DNA from: Gammaproteobacteria bacterium
Lineage (GTDB): Bacteria > Pseudomonadota > Gammaproteobacteria > JAADGQ01
DNA: 64,000 bases
Assembly: GCA_015490755.1 (NCBI GenBank)
Contig: WFXF01000041.1
Coordinates: forward strand, 2-64,001
Reading direction: 5' to 3'
Below, piece after piece: positions 1 to 7,279 of this stretch. Positions within the stretch are counted from its first letter, which is position 1, and each line of letters opens with the position of its first letter. The translations under genes were made by a program, and so were the position numbers. The notes beneath the pieces were generated by a model. The model was not told where the DNA came from. It saw only the letters and a program-made list of their open reading frames with translations, and did not search any database.

Positions 1-92
1 AATATGTGAAGTACCAAGATGATTAATGGTTAGCTAATTAGTTTAAATTTGGTGGTTCAATTCTCAAGCTTGCCTTCTATGAAGGACAGCTT

Positions 93-115
93 GGCCCCCT
101 TCGAGGGGGTTTTTG
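93..115 (+). terminator. Rho-independent terminator-like hairpin (GGCCCCC-TTCGA-GGGGG followed by TTTTTG), probably ending a gene that lies off the window to the left
   Basis: A perfect 5 to 7 bp GC stem with a 5-nt loop, followed by a T-run, read directly from the sequence. Confidence 0.4.
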
Positions 116-287
116 CAATCCCACGTCCTTTGGGCGTGGATATTGAGTTTTCTTTAAATACATAAGATACACCTTGGCTTGATTTTGCAAGCTAGCAATA
201 TGTACTTGAAGATATATACCAAAAAAATAGGAGCGCCTGATGGAACTCCAAATAGCTAAAATATTTATGAATGGCTGAAGCCAGGCT

Positions 288-473
288 GTGCGTCTGCCTA
301 AAGAATATCGTTTTGATAGTGACGAGGTTTACATTACAAAGCAAGGCTCAAGCGTAATAATTACGGAGAAAAAACCAACATGGGACGAGTTTTTTGATTC
401 TGAAACCGCCTTTGCTGATGATTTTTTGAAAGACCGACTTGATGGCCAACCTCAAGAGCGAGATTTTGATTAA
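288..473 (+). CDS. vapB: Type II antitoxin VapB (AbrB/MazE/SpoVT fold)
   Basis: 61 aa. The N-terminus (RLPKEYRF...VYI) matches the swapped-hairpin antitoxin family. Its stop overlaps the start of the PIN-toxin gene in a TAATG arrangement. Confidence 0.8.
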   Translation: MRLPKEYRFDSDEVYITKQGSSVIITEKKPTWDEFFDSETAFADDFLKDRLDGQPQERDFD

Positions 474-882
474 TGTACATGCTTGATACAAATATATGTA
501 TATATGTATATATGTATTAAAAAATCACTCCGATAAATTAAGGCATAAATTCAAGGCCATAAAAAATATTTGCATATCTTCTGTAACTTATGGAGAGCTT
601 TGCTACGGCATAGAAAATGGTGACAGCTCAATGCGTGAAGCAAGATGGGAGCAGCTTGATATATTCACTCAGAGATTGCTCATTGATCCTTGGGGTGAAG
701 ATGCTGCAAGACATTACGGATTTATTAGAGCACTCTTGAAAAAACAAGGAACATTAATTGGTAATAACGACCTCTTGATTTCCGCTCATGCTCGCAGCAT
801 GAATGCGGTATTAGTTACAAATAACATTCGTGAATTTGAAAGAGTTCCTGATCTTTCTATTGAAAACTGGGTTGCTGATTAA
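473..882 (+). pseudogene. vapC: VapC/MvpT-like PIN-domain toxin, frameshifted near the N-terminus by an 8-bp repeat expansion
   Basis: From the ATG at 473 the frame reads MYMLDTNICIYV and then hits a stop at 518. The +1 frame continues LKNHSDKLRHKFKAIKNICISSVTYGELCYG...LVTNNIREFERV..ENW, which is a canonical VapC. Removing one 8-bp unit restores a single frame. Confidence 0.7.
494..517. repeat. Three perfect tandem copies of the 8-bp unit ATATGTAT inside the vapC 5' end
   Basis: Counted directly: 494-501, 502-509 and 510-517 are identical. Confidence 0.9.
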
Positions 883-966
883 CGCATAATACTGGAGCCG
901 CTATAAACCCTATTTTGCCATGTTACCCTCCTTGACAAATTGCCTTGAAGTTGTACAATTGTCGTC

Positions 967-1356
967 ATGAATATCGTATCAGATACAAATATTTTTTTGG
1001 CTGTGGTGTTAGAAGAGCCAGAAAAAGATAACATCATCCAGCTCACATCAGAAACTAGCGCTGTTTCTCCCGAGATACTTCCTTACGAGTTTGGGAACGC
1101 TTTAACGGCAATGGTTAAGCGAAAACAACTCTCTCATAAAGAAGCATTGGCAGCATATGGTGCAGTGAGTTCAATTCCTGTCAGGTTGGTTTCTGTAGAT
1201 ATTCAGCAAGCGTTGAAGTTAGCGCTTGATTACAATATTTATGCATATGATGCTTATTTTTTGCAGTGTGCAAAACAACTGTCGTCTCCCTTAATAACGC
1301 TTGATAAGCGTATGAAGCAAGTTGCACGAGACCTAAGCATTAAATTAGTGGAGTAA
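967..1356 (+). CDS. PIN-domain protein (VapC-like toxin)
   Basis: 129 aa. The N-terminus IVSDTNIF with an acidic residue is PIN-like, and the gene is immediately followed by a Phd/YefM antitoxin. Confidence 0.6.
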   Translation: MNIVSDTNIFLAVVLEEPEKDNIIQLTSETSAVSPEILPYEFGNALTAMVKRKQLSHKEALAAYGAVSSIPVRLVSVDIQQALKLALDYNIYAYDAYFLQCAKQLSSPLITLDKRMKQVARDLSIKLVE

Positions 1357-1361
1357 ATAGA

Positions 1362-1580
1362 ATGAAAGTATTTACTTATTCAGAAGCACGTCAAAATCTA
1401 TCAAAGCTATTAAAAATTGCCCAAAGAGAGGAGGTCGAAATTCGTCGAAGAGACGGGGCGATATTTTCTCTTGTATCAAAAAAAGAGGATGAAAAATCCC
1501 CATTTGATGTTCCTGGAATAAAAACAAAAGCTTCAACCCAGGACATACTTGATGCAGTGAGGGAATCTAGAATGAATTAA
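1362..1580 (+). CDS. Phd/YefM-family antitoxin
   Basis: 72 aa. MKVFTYSEARQNLSKLL is the hallmark Phd/YefM N-terminus. It lies 5 bp downstream of the PIN gene, so the order here is toxin then antitoxin. Confidence 0.7.
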   Translation: MKVFTYSEARQNLSKLLKIAQREEVEIRRRDGAIFSLVSKKEDEKSPFDVPGIKTKASTQDILDAVRESRMN

Positions 1581-1677
1581 CAATTAGCTCCATTGGACGT
1601 GGCGTTATGTTCCGAAAAGAATTAATGGCATCGACATGCTAAAATTAAATTATAGATAGGGTTATAGGAGGCTGAGT

Positions 1678-1899
1678 ATGTCAACAGCATTAAAACAAGT
1701 CATTGAAAATATTGAGAGCCTTTCCTCTGGTGAAAAAGCGTTAGTCGCTCATTGTCTGATTTCTTCACTCGAAGTAAAGCATGATGACTGTGTGGATCAA
1801 GCATGGGGAGAACTAGCCCAACAAAGATTTTCTGAACTTGAATCAGGTGCTGTACAAGGTGTTTCCTGGAATGAAATTAGAAACAGAATAAAACAATAA
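1678..1899 (+). CDS. Putative addiction-module antitoxin component (TIGR02574-like, partner of ParE/RelE)
   Basis: 73 aa with an N-terminal helix (LSSGEKALVAHCLISSL) and a C-terminal WNEIRNRI motif. It is followed 1 bp later by a ParE-like N-terminus. Confidence 0.6.
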   Translation: MSTALKQVIENIESLSSGEKALVAHCLISSLEVKHDDCVDQAWGELAQQRFSELESGAVQGVSWNEIRNRIKQ

Positions 1900-1900
1900 A

Positions 1901-1972
1901 ATGCCTGATATCATATTTCACCCGAATATAGAGAGCGAGGTGAAGGCTTCATTCGAATGGTATAAAACCTAA
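1901..1972 (+). pseudogene. Truncated ParE/RelE-family toxin 5' fragment (MPDIIFHPNIESEVKASFEWYKT, then a stop)
   Basis: Translated by hand. The first 23 codons match the ParE toxin N-terminal pattern and the ORF then ends. Confidence 0.5.
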
Positions 1973-1995
1973 AGGTACATTTTTAAGCGTGTTAT

Positions 1996-3042
1996 ATGAA
2001 AGCACTCATATTTAATTTTTCATCAGTTTTTGGTGGGCAGGAGCGGTATCTAATAAATCTGGCTCATGCACTAAGAGGATCTATTGAGTTTGGTTTGGTC
2101 GGCTCTATTGGTGATGTGTCTGATGAAAAGTTTAAGCCTGTTTATCGAATAAGTGGCTCTTTTGCATTGCAAAACCGACGTAATATAAGAAAGGTTCTGC
2201 AAAATACAGGTGATGTAGATTGCTTTTTATTAAATGGTAATAGAGCGCTCTACCTGGTGGCGCTTGCTACATTCGGTTTTATGGGTGTAAAAACTCCTGT
2301 TGTCTATGTTCAGCACAGTAATGTTGAAGATAAGCAGAGCGGGTTATATAAGCAGCTATTTCGTAAATTCATTCTTCGGCTGTTGTTAAAAAATGTAGAT
2401 AAGGTGATCAGGGTGAGCGATTCAACCTTGCCGTTATCTTATGCTCATGGAAAAATAATCACTATTTATAACGGTGTCGATCCAGCTATATTTTTTCCTT
2501 CAAAAAATAAACCATCCAAATTCATTGCACTGATGGTGGGTGCATTAAATCACAATAAAAATCAGCTGTTGGCTATTAGAGCATTACAATATGTTCCAGA
2601 TTTATATCTGAAACTGGCCGGTGATGGCCCTTTGAGAAAAGAGCTGGAGCAGGAGGCGCATCATTTAGGTGTGCATAACAGGGTTGAGTTTTTAGGCCAG
2701 ATTAATGATATGGCTCCTGTTTATAGAGAGGCATCGGTCTGTTTGATGTTGTCAAAAAATGAAGGGTTGCCTTTTGCTATATTGGAGGCGATGTCTTCAG
2801 GATTACCGATCATATCAACAAAAGTAGGTGGAGTCCCTGAGGTGATAAGGGAAGGTGTTGAGGGGTATTATCTGGATAGAGATGACCCAGAATTACTCAG
2901 CAGAATTTTGATAAAATTACAGACAGAGAATGAAATGGCTGAAAGAATGAAGCAAGCAGCCAGAAAACGAATAGAAGAGAAGTTTACTCAGGAAATTATG
3001 GCAGAAAAAACACTCCAGGTTATTAAAGATATTCTAAATTGA
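1996..3042 (+). CDS. Glycosyltransferase family 4 (GT-B, retaining)
   Basis: 348 aa with the C-terminal EGLPFAILEAMSSGLPIISTKVGGVPEVI signature of GT4 / Glycos_transf_1. Confidence 0.85.
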   Translation: MKALIFNFSSVFGGQERYLINLAHALRGSIEFGLVGSIGDVSDEKFKPVYRISGSFALQNRRNIRKVLQNTGDVDCFLLNGNRALYLVALATFGFMGVKTPVVYVQHSNVEDKQSGLYKQLFRKFILRLLLKNVDKVIRVSDSTLPLSYAHGKIITIYNGVDPAIFFPSKNKPSKFIALMVGALNHNKNQLLAIRALQYVPDLYLKLAGDGPLRKELEQEAHHLGVHNRVEFLGQINDMAPVYREASVCLMLSKNEGLPFAILEAMSSGLPIISTKVGGVPEVIREGVEGYYLDRDDPELLSRILIKLQTENEMAERMKQAARKRIEEKFTQEIMAEKTLQVIKDILN

Positions 3043-3159
3043 GGTGATCGATGAATGACCCTTTTGATTGATGAAGGTCAATAAAGATAGTTAAGGAGCA
3101 CACTGAATTAGCTCCATATGCTAAAATTAAATTATAGATAGGGTTATAGGAGGCTAAAT

Positions 3160-3351
3160 ATGTCAACAGCATTAAAACAAGTCATTGAAAATATTGAGAG
3201 CCTTTCCTCTGGTGAAAAAGCGTTAGTCGCTCATTGTCTGATTTCTTCACTCGAAGTAAAGCATGATGACAGTGTGGATCATGCTTGGGGAGAGCTAGCC
3301 CAGCAAAGATTTGCTGAACTTGAATCAGGTGCTGTACAAGGTGTTTCCTAG
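3160..3351 (+). pseudogene. Second copy of the addiction-module antitoxin, carrying a nonsense mutation (TGG to TAG at the Trp that precedes NEI)
   Basis: About 95% identical to 1678..1899 over the aligned part. The ORF stops at 3349-3351, where copy 1 reads W. Confidence 0.6.
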
Positions 3352-3382
3352 AATGAAATTATAAACAAAATAAAACAGTAAA

Positions 3383-3535
3383 ATGCCTAATATCATATTT
3401 CACCCAGATATAGAGAACGAGGTGAAGGCTTCATTCGAATGGTATCAGAACCAAGCATCTGGGTTGGGCCCCCTGTGTCAGCATAGATGTCCGGTTTTAC
3501 TTGGCCACTACAAACGAATAAATATACCTTTGTGA
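3383..3535 (+). pseudogene. Second ParE-like toxin 5' fragment, interrupted by the inverted-repeat element
   Basis: MPNIIFHPDIENEVKASFEWYQNQ..., after which the reading runs into the 26-bp inverted repeat at 3469. Confidence 0.5.
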
Positions 3536-3603
3536 GCACGGCTTAACATTATGTATGTCGAACCTTGTCAGCTCATGCTGTATCCATTTATAACGCTCAG
3601 TCT

Positions 3604-3690
3604 TTACCGTGTTAAGGCAAAGATAACCGCTTGGGTACCATTTAGAAACTGGGACAGCTGTTCAATGGTGGTGAGTTCTTCAAGTTTCAT
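3604..3690 (-). other. Short 28-codon ORF inside the element (MKLEELTTIEQLSQFLNGTQAVIFALTR), possibly a gene remnant
   Basis: Translated by hand; too short to classify. Confidence 0.2.
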
Positions 3691-3836
3691 AATCGTCTTT
3701 ATCATCTGTTGATGATGAACGACTTTTAATCAATTTTGGCGCTTTAAACTCATTTCATGATGGAATCATGCACCGAGTTCAGACTCATTTTATATTGGAC
3801 AAGGCTGACCTAACCTTATTCGTTATGCCATGATTA

Positions 3837-4124
3837 TCAATGAACAAATTTAATTTCTAAATGACAACCAACTGCCTCAGCATATTTTTTGAGGGTAGCA
3901 ACTGAAGGTGAATGACCGCCACTAGTTAATGAAGACTCAAGCCTAGTAATTGCTGGTGGCTTAGTTCCCATACGTTCAGCTACATCTGCTTGACTTAATC
4001 CTGCATCATTACGTGCTTTTAGCATTTCTCGTAATAAGCTAAATTCAGGCTCCAATGCTTCATATTCTTCTCGAACTGATTGCTTTTTTAATGCTTTTTC
4101 TTTCAATTGACTATGATTCATCAC
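3837..4124 (-). CDS. higA: HigA-like antitoxin, XRE-family HTH
   Basis: 95 aa. LSQADVAERMGTKPPAITRLE is an HTH_XRE motif. It overlaps the upstream RelE/Gp49-family toxin gene. Confidence 0.7.
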   Translation of the reverse strand: MMNHSQLKEKALKKQSVREEYEALEPEFSLLREMLKARNDAGLSQADVAERMGTKPPAITRLESSLTSGGHSPSVATLKKYAEAVGCHLEIKFVH

Positions 4125-4443
4125 TTAACACCTCTTTCATTCGCTGAGTTGCCAGCTTTAACTCTTTCTTTGGAATTTTCTGTGTTTTTTTAATGAACAC
4201 ATGTAGCATGACAATCCGTTTTCCAACTCTTGTACAATAGAATATCCGTGCTATCCCTTCCTTGCCTTTTACTCGTAACTCTAACAAACCATCATCTATA
4301 GGCTGCGTATGAGGCATACCAAGATTAGAACCAAACTCAAGCATTAAGTCTGTTAGATGAAAATACCGAGCTAAAAGGCCATCAGGAAGCTTCAGTATCT
4401 CTTCTTCAAGTTTTTGGCTGTAATATTCTATGCTCCAATTCAT
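4111..4443 (-). CDS. higB: HigB-like toxin (RelE/ParE superfamily, phage Gp49-like)
   Basis: 110 aa. The IEYY....LKLP....RIFY..RVGKRIVMLHVFIKKTQKIPKKE pattern is typical of Gp49/HigB toxins encoded upstream of an XRE antitoxin. Confidence 0.65.
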   Translation of the reverse strand: MNWSIEYYSQKLEEEILKLPDGLLARYFHLTDLMLEFGSNLGMPHTQPIDDGLLELRVKGKEGIARIFYCTRVGKRIVMLHVFIKKTQKIPKKELKLATQRMKEVLSDES

Positions 4444-4697
4444 CAGCTAAACATAACATATATGTTATCGTCACTCAAACTCAATTCTTGAGGCGATCTC
4501 AATGAAGGCATAACGCCGTCGCAGTAGGAACGCCGGTTACCCGACGTCACCGGGTCATCGGTGGCAGTTGCCTGCCGGCGACGTTTGTCAAGATACCTGT
4601 CCATTTTTCTACGCTGCTTCGTCTTTAATTTCAGTCTCCTCAAAGACATCATCTTGCGGACAATCTGCGCTTTAAACTCTTCTGTATAGCGTGGCAT
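4443..4697 (-). CDS. Hypothetical basic protein; its N-terminus MPRYTEEFKAQIVRKM resembles IS3-family OrfA-type transposase N-termini but diverges afterwards
   Basis: The ORF is co-directional with higBA and overlaps it. The longer TTG-initiated reading to 4790 runs through the right IR. Classification is uncertain. Confidence 0.3.
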   Translation of the reverse strand: MPRYTEEFKAQIVRKMMSLRRLKLKTKQRRKMDRYLDKRRRQATATDDPVTSGNRRSYCDGVMPSLRSPQELSLSDDNIYVMFS

Positions 4698-4836
4698 TTC
4701 ATATTCACTTTCCGTCCCCTGGTAGTTATATTTAAGAATCAAACCGCCGGACATCCTATGCTGACACAGGGGGATTCCAAAAGCTTGCAAAATCCTTAGG
4801 GTAATACTATATTGGTATTACATCTGTCGCGAGGTA

Positions 4837-5064
4837 TTGATTATGCGAGTTACAACAAAGGGACAAGTCACAATTCCTAGGGGGGTGAGAGAAGCTTTAG
4901 GTATATCTCCCGAAACAGAAGTTGATTTTATCGAAGATGGTGGTCGATTTTATATCGTAAAAACCAATTTGCCTAATGTCACCAGAAAATTTAAAAAACT
5001 TCGAGGAATCGCTTCATCAAAGATGTCCACTGATGAAATTATGAGTTTGACAAGGGATTCATAA
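4837..5064 (+). CDS. vapB: VapB antitoxin (AbrB/MazE fold)
   Basis: 75 aa. MRVTTKGQVTIPRGVREALGI is a SpoVT/AbrB-type motif. It has an ATGA overlap with the PIN gene. Confidence 0.8.
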   Translation: MIMRVTTKGQVTIPRGVREALGISPETEVDFIEDGGRFYIVKTNLPNVTRKFKKLRGIASSKMSTDEIMSLTRDS

Positions 5065-5477
5065 TGAATGGCATTTTAGTTGATTCCTGCGTATTACTTG
5101 ATCTTTTCACCAATGATGAAAGTTGGGCTGATTGGTCAGAAGCTACCTTAGAAAAATATAGTCAAACAAATACCCTGTACATCAATTCAATTGTATATAC
5201 AGAAGTATCCATTGGTTTCGATCGAGTTGAAGAAGTTGAAAGTGCTATTGATGTATTGAGTATTAAGGTATTGGAATTACCGAGAGAAGCCTTGTTTCTA
5301 ACCGGCAAAGCGTATTTGAAATATAGAAAAAACAAAGGTATAAAAACATCACCCTTGCCGGATTTTTTTATTGGTGCTCATGCATCGGTATCACAACTTG
5401 GGTTGGTTACTCGGGGCATGACCAAATATAAAACCTACTTTCCCCAAGTGCGGCTTATCCATCCTTATGAGAATTAA
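5064..5477 (+). CDS. vapC: VapC PIN-domain toxin
   Basis: 137 aa. The N-terminus ILVDSCVLLDLF and the distribution of acidic residues fit a PIN domain. Confidence 0.75.
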   Translation: MNGILVDSCVLLDLFTNDESWADWSEATLEKYSQTNTLYINSIVYTEVSIGFDRVEEVESAIDVLSIKVLELPREALFLTGKAYLKYRKNKGIKTSPLPDFFIGAHASVSQLGLVTRGMTKYKTYFPQVRLIHPYEN

Positions 5478-5492
5478 GCAGATAACAAAATT

Positions 5493-5837
5493 ATGGCATC
5501 AGAATCAATCGAAGTTGTTAAAAATGAACAGTCCATTAAGTATATTCAGAACATTACTCAAGAAGTGCTGGATAAAATCATTGATGCAACTAAACCCGTG
5601 AAATTAGTGAATGATCCTTATGCAGAGTCTGATGTAGGCTACTTGGTTATAGCGATCAACCCTTGCAAACCTATTATCAGGGAAGTTCCAAAAGGTACTG
5701 CTGATTCTTATTCAACACTGACTGATGCTAAAGAAGCTGCTCGGCAAATATTACAGAGCGCTATTACTGAAGCAAGAGAATCATTATCAGAATTGCGTCA
5801 GCTCGGTATTGATAATATTAGTTACATAGCGTTATGA
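5493..5837 (+). CDS. Hypothetical acidic protein, first gene of an overlapping pair
   Basis: 114 aa with no recognisable family. It has an ATGA overlap with the next ORF. Confidence 0.4.
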   Translation: MASESIEVVKNEQSIKYIQNITQEVLDKIIDATKPVKLVNDPYAESDVGYLVIAINPCKPIIREVPKGTADSYSTLTDAKEAARQILQSAITEARESLSELRQLGIDNISYIAL

Positions 5838-6148
5838 AAGATGGCTTCCCCCTTTTTCGAGAAATTGTACAAAAATATTGCATTGCATTGCAGGCAAAAA
5901 AGTATACTATAAAAGTTCCAACCATTGAGGCTGCTATTGCTTTAAAATTTGCGGCATCAATTTCTCCAAATCGTAGTGATGAGAATAAACCTGTTGATAA
6001 TGCTGATTTGTTGAAATTGGTTCGGGTTAAACTTGATTTAGATTACCAACTACTGTCTTTGCTGGGCGATCTGATTTACAAGGGTGGGGGAAAGGAATTG
6101 GTCTCTATTGTCGATGATATTCTGAATGGGCTGCCCGTTAATTTATAA
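5834..6148 (+). CDS. Hypothetical protein, second gene of the overlapping pair
   Basis: 104 aa with no recognisable family. Confidence 0.4.
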   Translation: MKDGFPLFREIVQKYCIALQAKKYTIKVPTIEAAIALKFAASISPNRSDENKPVDNADLLKLVRVKLDLDYQLLSLLGDLIYKGGGKELVSIVDDILNGLPVNL

Positions 6149-6166
6149 GCTGTAGAGAGCTGTTCT

Positions 6167-7267
6167 TTGGAAAATAATAAATTAAAAATTGCATTTGATG
6201 CGCGCTGGACGGTAGGCAGCTATCGGGGAATGGGGAAGTTTGCTCGCTTTTTCATGAAAGCATCTTCCTCTCCATTCGTTGGATTATGTAGCAAGGAAGT
6301 TCATGATGACGAATTTCCAGTCGTATTCAGAGGGCCTTCATTTTTCCCTTATTGGGAACAAAAAATACTCCCTGATTATGTCGAGGAAAGTGGTGTTAAG
6401 GTATTAGTTTGCCCTTATAACACGGGGCCGATCAGGGCTTTAAAAAACTGCCAGTTAATACTTGTAGTGCATGATTTGATTTTCATGGAGCCGCTGAGCG
6501 TATTGCCCCCATCCGTTTCTATCTATCAAAACCTGGGAAGGATATATAGAAGGTGGGTGTTGCCCAAGGTATTAAAGAGAGCCGATAAAATCGTAACGGT
6601 CTCTGAATATACACGTAAAAAATTAATAAATTCCTATCATATCCCTTCTGAAAATATCACTGTTTTACCCAATACAATAGATAAAGAGTGGTTCGATAGT
6701 GAAAAGGTTGATCTGAAAAATAGGAAAAAATATGTGTTGTGCGTTGCGGGAGAAGCGCCAAGCAAAAATCTGGCACGAGCAATTGAGGCCTTTTCACTCT
6801 TTTCAAAAGATAATCATGAGCAAAAAGTAATCTTGAAAATTGCTGGTGTTGCGCCGCAATATCATAAAAAATTCTATAAGCTGGCATCTGCAGTTGGAGT
6901 GAGTGAAAGTGTTGAGTTATTAGAGCGTAAATCGAATGATGAGTTGAAAAAATTATATCTGGAATGCCGGGTATTCTTTTTTCCATCACTTTTTGAAGGC
7001 TTTGGAATCCCTTTGCTGGAAGCGATGGCGAGCGGTGCTCCAGTCGTTTGCAGTAATCGAACTGCTGTTCCTGAGGTTGCAGGGGAGGCGGGATTGCTTG
7101 TGGATCCTCTATCTATTAGTGATATGGCTGAGGCTCTGAGCCAGGTGATGTTTGATGATGACTATTCTGAAAAACTAATAAGAGCGGGTGAAAGCCAGGT
7201 TTGTTTGTATCACCCAGATAACGTGAATTCCAAAATGAAATCTTTTTGGAAAGAGACGTTACTGTAA
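6167..7267 (+). CDS. Glycosyltransferase family 4
   Basis: 366 aa with FFPSLFEGFGIPLLEAMASGAPVVCSNRTAVPEV, a GT4 motif. It uses a TTG start. Confidence 0.85.
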   Translation: MENNKLKIAFDARWTVGSYRGMGKFARFFMKASSSPFVGLCSKEVHDDEFPVVFRGPSFFPYWEQKILPDYVEESGVKVLVCPYNTGPIRALKNCQLILVVHDLIFMEPLSVLPPSVSIYQNLGRIYRRWVLPKVLKRADKIVTVSEYTRKKLINSYHIPSENITVLPNTIDKEWFDSEKVDLKNRKKYVLCVAGEAPSKNLARAIEAFSLFSKDNHEQKVILKIAGVAPQYHKKFYKLASAVGVSESVELLERKSNDELKKLYLECRVFFFPSLFEGFGIPLLEAMASGAPVVCSNRTAVPEVAGEAGLLVDPLSISDMAEALSQVMFDDDYSEKLIRAGESQVCLYHPDNVNSKMKSFWKETLL

Positions 7268-7279
7268 AGAAAAAAGCAG

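Larger units (their letters stand above)
3469..4773. mobile_element. Element of about 1.3 kb bounded by imperfect 26/27-bp inverted repeats (CCCCCTGTGTCAGCATAG(G)ATGTCCGG). It carries a higBA-like module and two short ORFs, and its family is unassigned
   Basis: The left IR is 3469-3494 and the right IR is 4747-4773 (its reverse complement matches with one indel). The left end interrupts the ParE fragment. Confidence 0.5.

Noticed and set aside
1-90. Possible tRNA-like sequence at the window start (GGTGGTTCAATTC), considered as an island integration site
   Set aside because: No complementary T-stem, acceptor stem or CCA context could be built, so it is not a tRNA.
4443-4790. Calling the 115-aa ORF an IS3-family transposase
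   Set aside because: Only the first ~17 residues after the internal Met resemble OrfA N-termini. The rest has no HTH or DDE features, and the long form reads through the inverted repeat. It is kept as hypothetical.
6657-6989. 110-aa ORF on the minus strand inside the GT4 gene. The same applies to 9061..9399, 11558..11860, 13460..13765, 13860..14228, 17317..17547, 21382..21711, 24792..25178, 34965..35321, 42964..43266, 50023..50235 and similar
   Set aside because: These are antisense ORFs embedded in well-supported longer genes on the opposite strand. They have no RBS and skewed composition, so they are treated as spurious.
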